DNA of 64,000 bases, from assembly GCA_000002445.1 (NCBI GenBank), contig CH464491.1, positions 2,592,001 to 2,656,000 on the forward strand. Direction: 5' to 3'. The notes beneath the pieces were generated by a model, which worked only from the letters and a program-made list of their open reading frames with translations, searched no databases and had not been told where the DNA came from. This DNA is from Trypanosoma brucei. Its lineage: Eukaryota. This document shows, one piece after another, positions 45,686 to 56,566 of the stretch. Numbering within the stretch: position 1 is the first letter of the stretch; each line of letters starts with the position of its first letter. A program made the position numbers and the translations under genes.

Positions 45686-46609
45686 ATGTCACTACCAAGA
45701 AGAATGTGCATGTTTGCTACCTGTCAAAGCAACAGGAAGAGTTGCAGTATGCGCCAAAGCTCAGTGACTTCTGAGGGCTACCGGTATTCTTCTACATTTG
45801 CTGCGGGTCGGTTGTTTGATGCCGTGTACGTCATTAACCTTGACCGACGTCCAGACCGCTGGGAGTTTGCGACGCAGCAGTTGAGCCGCGCAGGTTTCCT
45901 TCATGAGGAATACGTTCGGTTTCCGGCAGTAGATGGCAGGAATGTTGATCTTCAGAAGGCACACGCATGCGGTTTGATTTCGCGGCTCGGGTTACTTCGT
46001 CTGCAGGAACCTGAGCATCGCCGTATTTGGGGGATGGACTTGAATCCCGGGGCTGTGGGATGCGCGTTAAGCCACGCATTGTTGTGGGCGCAGATCGCTG
46101 CGAGTCGTCATCGATCTGTTCTTGTTGTGGAAGACGATTCTTTGTTCCCGCAAGACTTTCATCACAAATACGAGGCTCGTGCAAAGCAAGTTCCAAGCGA
46201 CTGGGAGCTGCTATATGTTAGCGGTCTTGACACGGCGGGGCAGGCTCCGCAGTTGCGAGTGGCTGAGGGTGTGTGTCGAGTGCCACAAATGCATCGTACA
46301 ACAAATTGTTACGTGGTTTCGCACAGGGGTGCCCGCCTCTTGTTGGATGCTTGCTTCCCTGTAACTTACCAATTGGATACAATGATGACGCTGAGGACTG
46401 CGGGTGACGGCGCTGGTGGTGTACCTTACGTAACGGTGCCCAACTGTTATACACTGCAGCCTCCGCTGGTGGTGCAAGCGACCCGAATGGGTTCAGACAT
46501 TCAAAGTGCGAGCGGTGGCGTATGTGATAGGGATGAGGTGGAAGAGGAAAGGGCAAGGTGTAGGGCCGCAGGGTGGGAAGTTCAGGAGACTGGAACCCTT
46601 GTACCGTAG
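45686..46609 (+). CDS. Glycosyltransferase family 25-like protein
   Basis: DAVYVINLDRRPDRWEF...LSRAGF...RFPAVDG matches the N-terminal signature of GT25 (LPS-biosynthesis/procollagen galactosyltransferase-like) enzymes. 307 aa. Confidence 0.55.
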   Translation: MSLPRRMCMFATCQSNRKSCSMRQSSVTSEGYRYSSTFAAGRLFDAVYVINLDRRPDRWEFATQQLSRAGFLHEEYVRFPAVDGRNVDLQKAHACGLISRLGLLRLQEPEHRRIWGMDLNPGAVGCALSHALLWAQIAASRHRSVLVVEDDSLFPQDFHHKYEARAKQVPSDWELLYVSGLDTAGQAPQLRVAEGVCRVPQMHRTTNCYVVSHRGARLLLDACFPVTYQLDTMMTLRTAGDGAGGVPYVTVPNCYTLQPPLVVQATRMGSDIQSASGGVCDRDEVEEERARCRAAGWEVQETGTLVP

Positions 46610-47036
46610 TGGGTAACCCTGAAGGCATGCAGATATGGTTGATATAACCGTGCTCTATCCACGTAAACTGGTCTAAATGAAATGTTAAGTGTGCACTTTA
46701 CAACGTACTATTTCCATTGTTTATGTGTTGATTGCTTGCAGCATCGTGTGTAGGCGGAAACTATTGGGATACTGTTTCTGTAGCTGGTTTATTTTTGGTC
46801 ACCAAAGTGGTGTTAAACTTGCGCTGTTCTCATACTACCCTCTCTGTTTATCGTCGGTTTTATATCCTTGTTGTGTCGGAATGTGCGGCACAGGGCTGTT
46901 GCCGACGGTCAAGCGTTTGTTGATTACTTTCTAGTAGGTACACACGTGTTTCCGGTCAAAGCAACGCGTCCGTCGACGGCAACCGGTTTGCTTTCTGTTT
47001 CGCTCTGATCCTTTTTTTTTAGCTGCTTCCAGGTGG

Positions 47037-47696
47037 ATGTTTTCCGGGTGGTTCAAAAGGGTGCCCCCCGAGGAAAAGGCCAAAGAGTGGCGGCGACAGT
47101 TGAACTCAGAAATGCGGAAGCTCGATCTTCAAATTAGAAAAATTCAACGAGAGGAAATGAAGGTGAAACAAACCGCCAGGCAGGCTGCAAAGAAAGGTGA
47201 CACTGTGGTTCTGCGGATGTTGGCGAAGGAGATTATTCATTCTCGCAAAGCCGTGAGGCGCCTCCATACCGCACGCACTCAAATGAACTCCGTTTCTATG
47301 CAGCTGCAGCAACAGGTGTCGCAGATTAAGCTTGCTGGGCGCATCGAGGCAAGCGCTGTTGTTATGACACAGATGAATCAATTGATGCACATACGCGAGG
47401 TGCGCGAGTCGATACAGTCACTAGGCAGAGAGATGACCAAAGCCGGGTTGATTGAAGAAATGATGAACGACACGATTGACGATGTATTGGACGGGGACAT
47501 CAGTGATACGGAACTGGAGGATGAAGTTGAGAAGGTTGTGGTGGAGGTTACGCAGGGGAAAATGGAGGGCACAGTGGTTGGTACATCGAGGCTCCCAGAA
47601 GTGCAACAGGAGCAAGAAGTGGAGAACGAAGGGGAGTTGGAGAGTGATGACGAGTTAGTGGCAAGGTTGAATATGCTTCGTGGGACTGTTAGTTGA
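47037..47696 (+). CDS. ESCRT-III subunit, Vps24/CHMP3-like (Snf7 family)
   Basis: Collinear similarity along the whole length to CHMP3: EWRRQLNSEMRKLDLQIRKIQREEMKVKQTARQAAKKGD~EWSLKIRKEMRVVDRQIRDIQREEEKVKRSVKDAAKKGQ; LAKEIIHSRKAV~LAKEMIRSRKAV; EMTKAGLIEEMMNDT~EMMKAGIIEEMLEDT. The C-terminal tail is acidic. Confidence 0.85.
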   Translation: MFSGWFKRVPPEEKAKEWRRQLNSEMRKLDLQIRKIQREEMKVKQTARQAAKKGDTVVLRMLAKEIIHSRKAVRRLHTARTQMNSVSMQLQQQVSQIKLAGRIEASAVVMTQMNQLMHIREVRESIQSLGREMTKAGLIEEMMNDTIDDVLDGDISDTELEDEVEKVVVEVTQGKMEGTVVGTSRLPEVQQEQEVENEGELESDDELVARLNMLRGTVS

Positions 47697-48739
47697 CTAT
47701 TTCACTTTCTCTACTTCCTCAGGTGTGGAAGGACTGCCGGGTGTGAATGCGTCTGTGTCCGTGTGCAGAGAGGAGGGACTGTCGGTGGGAATACGATTAT
47801 ATTGTAGTCTGTGATTTCCCACCCTTTTTCTTTTTATTGAGTGCTTTTGCCTTTTTGCCTCTCAATAATCTTAGCGCTTCGCAACATGCGCCTCCCCTAC
47901 ATCCCTTGCTGATGGCGCGGCGGAAGTGTGAAGCATCTCGAAGAAGTTTTACGACGCGTCAACAGCAACGAGTCGACTAGAGGAAGTATGTGGAGATTTC
48001 GCTGCGGCACTTGGTTACACAAACGAGCGTAGGGAAGTGTTTTTACCACCTTTTTCGTGCCCTCTTCATTTATGATTTTCTTGCATACCTTCTCCACTTT
48101 CATTGGTGAATACTATTGCAAAGACGATGGGGGGGGGGTTTCATATAACGGCTTATCGCCTGCATCGCCAACCCAACACACGAAGTGGTCAGTTCAGGGC
48201 CAGTCTGATGGGGGCCGTTGCTCTTAGGCATTTCTTACGGTGTTGTGTGGAGTTGCTTTCCACACGGGTATGTGTGGGAACAACCTCTGTTGGCTCATGA
48301 TGCCGTGTGTTCTGGCTGCCGCTGGGAACAGAGCTGAGCGGCAGGGTGCAATAAGGGCCGCGGCAACTACTACAAAATTCGTCTCTTTTTCCTTTTCCTC
48401 CCTCTTTTCTCTCTTTCCACTTCCCCACCACTGGTGGAGGTGACGGTTCGCTCAGCGGTACATGCATATGTATGTGTGTCGGCGCATGTATGCATCTGTT
48501 TGTGAACGTTTTGCGAGTTTTCTAGTTTCTCTCTTTTTTTCGCTACGTTTTGGACGTTTCTTTTCTTTCCCCCCTCAATTTTGTGTGCGGTTCGCCTCAA
48601 CGACTGAAAAGCGGAGTACTAGTTGCTGCCTTACGCTCCATTCCTATTATCAGTTCCTTTACCTCGTGGACTGGTTTACACTCCAGTTCCCCACCGCCAC
48701 CTCCGCATCGTGGACGAAGTTTTATTTTAACCACTAGTT

Positions 48740-49813
48740 ATGTTGGAGCGGGAGCGGCCCCAAGAAAAGGAGCGGGGCGCTGGGCTTTTCAGCCGCTTCT
48801 TCCGCAAGATGGATGGCTGTGATGTGAAGATAATTCTGGATGGCAAAAGCGAATCTGATGTGGTGCGGGTTCACGACCCTCGCGACAACACAAGTGAGCG
48901 GCTCTACCGCTATTCTTGCGAAGAGCCAGTTAACGGCCGCGTAATGTTGAATCCCAAGGGCTCCTACCGCCACAACGGTGTCGATGTGATGCTTTTGGCC
49001 TACGCCGTGCTCCCTCAAGCAAGCGACCACAAAGTTGAATTTATCACACAAGTGAAGCGGTTTGAACCCGACACACTGCAGGGTGCCACTCCTTTGGAGT
49101 TCTCATTCACTGTGCTCAAGGAACACGAGTCTTACCGGGGTATAAATGCACGGGTGATGTACGTTCTCCGTGTGGTCGTCCATCGCCCGCTGAAGAATGT
49201 CACGGAACAAATGGAGTTTTGGGTGACTCGCGTGGACACCGTATTGAGCGATACTCAGCCGGACGCTCTACGGCATAGGAGCTACTTCCGTGAGACCGTT
49301 TTTGGTCCGAATTCCACTACCATGGACGTGGGTGTCACTAACATGCTACACATTGAGTTTATGTACGATAAAAGGTTCTTTCATCTCCAGGAACGAGTTT
49401 TGGGGAAGGTGACCTTTAAAGTGACCCACATGGATATTCGCTACGGCGAAGTGGGTGTGGTAAGGAAGGAAACTGTCGTTCCCCCACTCAGTGAATCGGA
49501 GGCGGTGAACATGGAGACATTGCAAAAGTTTGAGATAATGGATGGCACGCCTATTGTGGGCGAGGTAGTTCCCATACGGTTGTATCTGAATTGCATTCCC
49601 AACCTTACGCCAACTTACAAAAATGTGCAAGATTGCGTTAATGTACAGTACTTCCTAAATCTTGTGCTGATAACTGCTGACGGCAAACGGTTCTTCAAGC
49701 AACAGGAAATTGAATTGTACCGTAGACGTGGTCAGGAGGCATTGACATGGACGGCGTGGAGGCAAGATGATCCGGGTAAAGGGGACGGAGAGGCGGGTGA
49801 AACATCTCATTAA
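48740..49813 (+). CDS. Retromer subunit VPS26
   Basis: KFEIMDGTPIVGEVVPIRLYL~KYEIMDGAPVKGESIPIRLFL; VQYFLNLVLITADGKRFFKQQEIELYRR~[28 protein letters not shown]. Arrestin-like VPS26 fold over 357 aa. Confidence 0.9.
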   Translation: MLERERPQEKERGAGLFSRFFRKMDGCDVKIILDGKSESDVVRVHDPRDNTSERLYRYSCEEPVNGRVMLNPKGSYRHNGVDVMLLAYAVLPQASDHKVEFITQVKRFEPDTLQGATPLEFSFTVLKEHESYRGINARVMYVLRVVVHRPLKNVTEQMEFWVTRVDTVLSDTQPDALRHRSYFRETVFGPNSTTMDVGVTNMLHIEFMYDKRFFHLQERVLGKVTFKVTHMDIRYGEVGVVRKETVVPPLSESEAVNMETLQKFEIMDGTPIVGEVVPIRLYLNCIPNLTPTYKNVQDCVNVQYFLNLVLITADGKRFFKQQEIELYRRRGQEALTWTAWRQDDPGKGDGEAGETSH

Positions 49814-50883
49814 ATAGGTTGGAGGGGCGTCGGTGTGTAACGAAGAACATAAGACAAGTGTGGTGAATTGTGAGTGCATAGAACCAAAGTGGAAGAGTGT
49901 GAGAGATACGCCACCGTGTGAGGCTCCTGTGCTCACTTTTTTTTCTTTTGTGGTGGCGCATGAATGGGTGTCTGTTCCTTGCAAGTGGTGCCGACACGCA
50001 GAGGAAGGGCCAGTTGTGAAGGAAAGCAGGGGAACTGAGGGAAGTGGGGTGAGTTGAGCCAAAATCGCAAACAGTTGCTTTTTGTGTGGACCATGAACAG
50101 TATCCGGAGGGCTTCGGGCCGGTTTGTGTGAAGTCGCTACCGTTCCAGAGGTGTATCGAACTTTGAAGCATTCCGCTCGTACCTTTCCTCCTTTTTTGTT
50201 CGGTTCCTTTACCTTTACCTTTTCTAAACCTTTTCCTTACCTGCAGCTTAATTGTCATTTATTGCTTGTTTGACGTACGCTCGTTCTTTTGAAAGAGACA
50301 GTGCTTCTTCAGTGAAGAGACCGACACTTTTTTATCTTTGCTATTGGTATGCTTTCTTTTTTTTTTTTGCCGCAGCCTTCATGTCCCTTCATCATGGAGC
50401 TGGCGGTTGGGCTGGGGTGAAGGAGGCCAACAACGGTGGTGTGTGGTTGGTGATCGTTTAGCAGCCCGCTTATGCGTGTGTCTTTGTGTATTCATGAGAA
50501 AGGTGATCTCAAGTGATTATTTCCCCCTTTTGCGTGTGTCCGTCTGGGGTTTCTTCTGGCTCTATGTCCACGCGGTGCCCTGACGCCCATGAGTGCATTT
50601 ACCCCTTCGTGCTTTCACTCCTCACATGCATACGCCAATGTGTGTTGTCATTGTTATTTGTTTTATCGCGTCGTGTGGGATCCGGGGTGCCGTTAGTGAC
50701 ACAGAGATAGAGGGGGGGGGGGAGGCCGCTGCAGAGCTTCACATAAGTGCAGCGACAAAATATTGAAGATTACACAGCCCCTAAAACTTTGTTTGTGGTA
50801 ATTCAGGTGACGAGTAACTACCGATTGCCAAGTTAAACGACTCTAATTTGTTAAAATAATAATAAAAGAACAAAGGAATAAAC

Positions 50884-51825
50884 ATGCAACTCTTATCGTG
50901 GTCTAGCGCTGCCAAAGCACTTTTTGGTTTAACGGTTGCCAGATTGCTGCTTGCCTTCCTGTATCGGCGGCTTTACCGCCACTTATACTACCACCCACTC
51001 GTCCCTGGCAGTGTGGCACTGATTACTGGTGGAGGGTCTGGAATGGGGTTGGAATTTGCTCGGTACTTCGCCCGTGCTAGATGCCACGTCGTACTGGTGG
51101 GGCGAGATGCCGATGCACTTCGATCGGCGTTAGCGTCATGCGTGGAATTGGGTTCGCCAAGCGCAGAAATGGTAGTTGCTGACTTGAACACGATAGAGGG
51201 AACAAATTTAGTTTGCTTTGGGCTGAGAGATATTATAGAGCAGAAAAGGCTCCATGGACAGTTTAGGTATCTTGTGCTCAACGCTGGACTCGGTGCGATT
51301 CTTCCCTTTTCCAGCGGCGTACACTTCTACGAGACGTGCGAGTCTGTAATGCAGATTAATTACTTTGCTAACGTGCGGCTACTGCAGGGACTTCTCTCAT
51401 TGTTGGAGGAAACGCATTCGGCGGCCAACCCCTCGCGTGTTATTGTTGTGTCATCACTGGCAGGCGTTTTACCCTCGGTCCTGCGTAGTGCTTACACTGC
51501 TTCCAAACACGCCATACAAGGCTTTGCAAACGCGTTGCGTGGGGAGACGGAAGTGGCAATAACTCTCTTTTGTCCCGGGTACGTCGACACCGATTTCCAC
51601 AGCAAGGCAACACTCATCAAAGGCGATGGTGCACCCGTGACATCTCATCGTCGTGGCATGGCTCCGGATGTAGCTGTTGGGAAGTGTATGGAAGGCGTGT
51701 TGAGCGGTCGATCAGAGGTGCTAACTCCCTTCGTAGGCAAGTTGGGCTACATCCTGCGTCCCTTATTTACCCGTTTGGTAGATTCTAGGGCAAAAAAGAT
51801 GAGTCATCGCTCTCTCCAGAAATGA
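50884..51825 (+). CDS. Short-chain dehydrogenase/reductase (SDR) with N-terminal membrane anchor
   Basis: The cofactor motif TGGGSGMG (TGxxxGxG) and the catalytic YTASK (YxxxK) are present. The hydrophobic N-terminus reads LFGLTVARLLLAFLY. 313 aa. Confidence 0.8.
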   Translation: MQLLSWSSAAKALFGLTVARLLLAFLYRRLYRHLYYHPLVPGSVALITGGGSGMGLEFARYFARARCHVVLVGRDADALRSALASCVELGSPSAEMVVADLNTIEGTNLVCFGLRDIIEQKRLHGQFRYLVLNAGLGAILPFSSGVHFYETCESVMQINYFANVRLLQGLLSLLEETHSAANPSRVIVVSSLAGVLPSVLRSAYTASKHAIQGFANALRGETEVAITLFCPGYVDTDFHSKATLIKGDGAPVTSHRRGMAPDVAVGKCMEGVLSGRSEVLTPFVGKLGYILRPLFTRLVDSRAKKMSHRSLQK

Positions 51826-52056
51826 AAGTACCCGGTACCACGACAGAGGGGGGTTAAGTAGGGGGTTTTCACTTTTTTCGGTTTACTTTATCTTATAACT
51901 TTTGCCTTGCGGTGGGGATTTGATGCGTGTGGTGCGCATCAGTCAACACTCCTGCGCAACCCCTTCTTATAACTACCATTTTTCTGTCTCCAGTTTACTT
52001 AGTCACCTATTCTCTCTTCTCTTTTTCTTTTTTTCCTTCTACGAAGGGGCCAAACC

Positions 52057-52272
52057 ATGGCGAAGTCGAAGAACCACACCAATCACAACCAGTCGCGGAA
52101 GAACCACCGCAATGGGATTAAACCCCCGCTGCCGTTGTACATGTACAACTCGAAGCGCGGTGGGTGGCTGCCGGCCCTCGTTAACACCCGACGTGTGAGG
52201 AAGAACAATCAGAAGGCTGCGCTGAAGGCGCGCCGTGAGCGACTCGCCGCCCATCAGGCCGCACAGAAATAA
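52057..52272 (+). CDS. RPL29: 60S ribosomal protein L29 (eL29), copy 1
   Basis: MAKSKNHTNHNQSRKNHRNGIKPP... is the conserved eL29 N-terminus. 71 aa, very basic. Confidence 0.9.
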   Translation: MAKSKNHTNHNQSRKNHRNGIKPPLPLYMYNSKRGGWLPALVNTRRVRKNNQKAALKARRERLAAHQAAQK

Positions 52273-52673
52273 GGAGTCTGTCTTATCGCTGCATGGTTAA
52301 GCGCGTTGTGACGTTCTTGATGGCCCCATTGTCTATTTTGCTGCTGTATTGCTGTGATTTTCTCTTTCATACGCCCCTTTCAGTTCTCTTGGGTTGTTTT
52401 TGCGTGCCGTCACAGTCGTATTTCTGTGGCCGGGCTGCATTAGCTACATTTAGTTGTAAACATGCATTCGTGCCTCATCTTGTTGCTAGTGTACCTGTTG
52501 TTGTTATTCCTCCCAACTTCCTCTCCTTTCTCACTTGTTTTTCTTTTTTTGCTCGCACGCTGTTTGTCACAATCTGGCATTTATCACGTGTGCGCCACCA
52601 AACAAAACGTCGGCACCTGCCTCCTTTTGTTTAACTGCGCCGCTTCTTTAGGAAGGTTATTTGATACTCGAAC

Positions 52674-52889
52674 ATGGCGAAGTCGAAGAACCACACCAAT
52701 CACAACCAGTCGCGGAAGAACCACCGCAATGGGATTAAACCCCCGCTGCCGTTGTACATGTACAACTCGAAGCGCGGTGGGTGGCTGCCGGCCCTCGTTA
52801 ACACCCGACGTGTGAGGAAGAACAATCAGAAGGCTGCGCTGAAGGCGCGCCGTGAGCGACTCGCCGCCCATCAGGCCGCACAGAAATAA
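52674..52889 (+). CDS. RPL29: 60S ribosomal protein L29 (eL29), copy 2 (identical)
   Basis: 100% identical CDS 617 bp downstream of copy 1. Confidence 0.9.
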   Translation: MAKSKNHTNHNQSRKNHRNGIKPPLPLYMYNSKRGGWLPALVNTRRVRKNNQKAALKARRERLAAHQAAQK

Positions 52890-53214
52890 GGAGTCTGTCT
52901 TATCGCTGCATGGTGATTGGGGAAAAGCAGTGTCGATACTTTCCGCTTTTATTTTTCACTTCCTTTTGACATTTTCTTTTCTTCTATTTCCCTGTTACAT
53001 GATCTCGTTCATGTTATGGGTGCTTTTCTTCCAGTAACGAGGGATGGGAGTCTATAACACTTTTCTCCTCTATTTTCTCCCCTCATGTTTTTTTGATATC
53101 CTCTACAAATCCCTCCGTGGTCTCCCCCTTGTCACTGCAGCTGAAGTTCCCACTAGGATTTCTTAGGCGCACGTGTAGACGAAATATATATATATATATA
53201 TTTCACTTAATTCA

Positions 53215-53610
53215 TTGGCCCAACCTTCCTTTCTTTGGAAGATGATGCGCCGAACGCCGCCGGTCGCGCGTGTGGTCGTGAGTTCTTTCCTTCGTGAGCC
53301 ATCAGAGCGGAAGTCATTTAAGGAGACATTGGCGGAGTGCGACGCCAATGGTATCGACATGGCGAGTAGCTTAACCTCTGACTTTGCGCTTTTGCAATCA
53401 AAACTATTCAAATATCGTGTTGTTCGCCTAGGTGACGAGCTGCAGTACGTGTGTCGACACCCGCTGGGCAGTTTGCCGTCACTCCCGGCACTTGTAGTAC
53501 ACATCATTTTACTCACAACTGTTTTCTTCCTGTTTCGTAACTTGGGTCGGTTTTCCTCCACGGCATTGGTGAAGCCACCGGTGGCACTCCCTGGCGAAGG
53601 AGATAGTTAA
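53215..53610 (+). CDS. Hypothetical tail-anchored membrane protein
   Basis: 131 aa with a single C-terminal hydrophobic segment (LPALVVHIILLTTVFFLF). Located in the array and preceded by an (AT)n/pyrimidine-rich region. Confidence 0.35.
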   Translation: MAQPSFLWKMMRRTPPVARVVVSSFLREPSERKSFKETLAECDANGIDMASSLTSDFALLQSKLFKYRVVRLGDELQYVCRHPLGSLPSLPALVVHIILLTTVFFLFRNLGRFSSTALVKPPVALPGEGDS

Positions 53611-54236
53611 CAACACCTACGCACTTGACTTGGGAGCGGGCGGGCGTTGCCAAGTGAACGTGCCGTTGAGTCGTACTGTGCTTTGGTTGTTTTGGAGGTA
53701 GCAGACACTGGTGAGATTCCCCTTTTATCATTACTACTATTATTATTATCATTATAATAATACATATATTATTGGTATTGACCTTTCTGACTCTTTGTTA
53801 AATACTGGTTCATTCGGGTTGATGTTCACTTGTTGGTTATTGATTGTGTTTAGTGGCGTTTGAATGCTTTGACCCCCACGGAGGGGTAGTTGTAGTGTTG
53901 TTGTGCGTCTCATGCACGAAGCAAGTTTCTCCATTAACAGAATTTGAAGAGTTTAAATGGTGTAAGTGGACACTGCAAGCACCGAATTGTTCTCTGCGAG
54001 TAGTGCTATTGTTACTATATTATTCCTGTTGATTCTCTGTCCCCCCTTTTCCTCGTTGGGACGTCGCATGCCTCCGTTCACTTTTTTTAAGTTCGATTTT
54101 CTCTTCCTTTCGCTTTTCCCCCTTTCTGTTTCTTCTTGTGCCTCATAATATTTCCAACTGTGGGCGAGGTGTTTTACTTCCTTTGAAGGTCTTACAGGAG
54201 GTGTAGAAGAGAAGGGGAGGGAGCCTTCGGTGCAGA

Positions 54237-54554
54237 TTGGAAGCGATGGCATTTCGCCGCTTGGTCAAACGGCACAAGATCACAAACAACCAAATGCTTT
54301 TAATGCGTCGCCGTGAGCCGTATAAACCAACCATGAAGGACCGTCAAGAAATTGCTGACCGCGCGAAGTTGGAGGAGTTTGAGCGTAAGAACGCGGACGG
54401 ACTGATGTTCGTCCCCGAAAAGGCCCTGCCACCGTGGCAGAAGTCACTCGCGCATAACGCGAAGGCTCTCGGCTCTCGCATTAACTTCAGAGGTTTCCGC
54501 GTCCGCGTGGCTGATGGGCAGGATGAGCCGGGATTCCCTACACCATTTCGTTAG
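54237..54554 (+). CDS. Small basic hypothetical protein
   Basis: 105-aa Lys/Arg-rich ORF in the array (possible organellar or ribosome-associated protein). No recognisable motif. Confidence 0.35.
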   Translation: MEAMAFRRLVKRHKITNNQMLLMRRREPYKPTMKDRQEIADRAKLEEFERKNADGLMFVPEKALPPWQKSLAHNAKALGSRINFRGFRVRVADGQDEPGFPTPFR

Positions 54555-55099
54555 CAGGACTTCTCGTCCCCTCCCTAACATTTATCTCTACTCGGGACTG
54601 GCGCGTCGTTGCATTCGCTTACGCCATTTTGTTTTTGTAGCTCATTATTTGGCAAGTATCCGGTAATGAAGGGAGGGGGGTATGTTTCGTGTGTATTGTT
54701 GGTCGCAGTAAACTTATTCCGTTACGGGTTCTTCTGCACCGTGGTGGAGTCAGTGATGATAGGGTTGTCGTTGCAAGGCGGTGTCTGTTGGCCTGCTTTT
54801 TCCCTACACAAATGTGGCAACGGTTTAGTCCATACGAGGGACTTTTCGTTGGTTATCGTAAGGGCATATTTGAGCAGGCGAAGAAAGGTAGAAGGAGACT
54901 CTGGACTTGTATTCTCGCGTATCATACAGCATTAGCGTTCACTTTTTTTTTTACTATTTAGTCGTGGCATCAAAGAATCGTTTAAGTGTTTTACCGCTAC
55001 CACTTCTTACCGACACCGTGTATCAACAAACGTGGAGGAGTGGTGGGAGTAATCTAAACAAAGCAAGAAGAATTCAAGATTAAGCGTTTTGGCGGAAAC

Positions 55100-55843
55100 A
55101 TGTCAGCCTTTTTAACACCCAAGATTCATCTTGTTGGTGATGTTTCGTCGACGATGGATGTTGTGCGAGAGATGCTGGCTGCCTCTCCATCGGACACCGA
55201 ACCTTTTGCAGTGTTAGCTGAGTCCCAATCCTCAGGCCGTGGCACTACAGGCAGGCAATGGTCGTCGCCACGGGGAAACATGTATTTTTCGTTGTGTCTT
55301 CCCACTACATTGGTTGCAGCAGAATTCCTCCCTGTTTTGCCGCTTGCCACGGGCCTTGCTTGCCGCGCTGCTATTATGGAGTTGGTCGAAGGCGCTGTTG
55401 TACACGTAAAATGGCCAAATGACATCATTTACGATGGAAAGAAAATCGGTGGGAGCATTGCGGAGTGCGAGGGAGAACACTTAATTGTTGGGATTGGGAT
55501 AAACATCGAAGTGGCTCCGCCTGTACCTGATGGAGGCCGGCCGTCATATGCTGTTAATTCGATTGCCTCGGTACTCGGAAAGGGGGCTGTGACACCGCAG
55601 TTGTTGGCGGAAGCCGTATGGCGTAACTTTTTCTCTGCTGTTGCAGATCAGGGATTCAAACGGCCTGAACTAATTAAGCAATTTGAGGCGGCAATGGACA
55701 AGAGCCTCGTGCTTCACAAGCGAACACCCACGGGACGTGACCCCATGCCTTTGCACGCCTTGAAGTTGAATGAGTGGGGCCACCTCGTCGTGGGGCGACC
55801 GGACGGCTCCGAAGAGGTGCTTGTGGCGGAGTACCTTTTTTAA
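55100..55843 (+). CDS. Biotin--protein ligase (BirA-like catalytic domain)
   Basis: SSGRGTTGRQWSSPRGNMYFS matches the BirA biotin-binding loop GRGRxGRxW followed by the G-N-x-Y/F segment. 247 aa, single catalytic domain. Confidence 0.65.
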   Translation: MSAFLTPKIHLVGDVSSTMDVVREMLAASPSDTEPFAVLAESQSSGRGTTGRQWSSPRGNMYFSLCLPTTLVAAEFLPVLPLATGLACRAAIMELVEGAVVHVKWPNDIIYDGKKIGGSIAECEGEHLIVGIGINIEVAPPVPDGGRPSYAVNSIASVLGKGAVTPQLLAEAVWRNFFSAVADQGFKRPELIKQFEAAMDKSLVLHKRTPTGRDPMPLHALKLNEWGHLVVGRPDGSEEVLVAEYLF

Positions 55844-56566
55844 ACCATCACAGGAGATATTTCAAAGCTTCAAATGCGGTGCTATCGAGTGTGTGCCGAT
55901 GTCCATCGGTGCGTAAGGGTTTAAATGAGGTATCAGTTACATATATATATATATATATATGTTGCAGGATATTATGAGTGAAAAGTCCGCGTGTATTTGC
56001 GGTGAAGGGACACTGACGTGAAGGGGGGGGGGCACGTTTTCACTTCGTTCTGTCATGTGCAGCTATCGTTATCGTTATTATCATTTTTTATACTTCAAAT
56101 TGTACTTCAGCAATCCATCTTGCTGTTATTGGCTACGCACTTGTTTTCTTCTAAAATGCATCTCTTAAGGGGTAGACAGCGATGCCGACAGCAGCCAATA
56201 CGTACCATTGATGTGTGCTTGTCTGCTTGTGTGCAAACGCTTCATATTGGTGGTATCAAATAAGCCGCATTTTTTCTTAGCTTGTGCGTAAATAAACACC
56301 TTCGGTATGTGACACGGTATGTACCACTCAACATCTTGGTGAATGTTGTCACTTCTGCAGGAGCCGTGTATTCAAGAGTTAAATCTTACATCGTAAGTAG
56401 CTGGCTGTTTAAATTTGTATTTGCGTACGCTGTTTTTGCGCTCCAACAATAAAATCAACTTTTTTCATACCGTTGCCTTGGGGGGGGGGGGACGAAGTGA
56501 GAGCAAAAAAAGAAATTGTGTTACCGAAGTCACACATTGAGAGAACCTAGTGGCAACCAGTAAGTA

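Larger units (their letters stand above)
52055..52914 (+). repeat. Tandem duplication (period 617 bp) in which only the RPL29 CDS plus ~25 bp of 3' flank are identical
   Basis: 52055-52297 equals 52672-52914. The 5' flanks and the remainder of the 3' flanks are unrelated. Confidence 0.85.
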
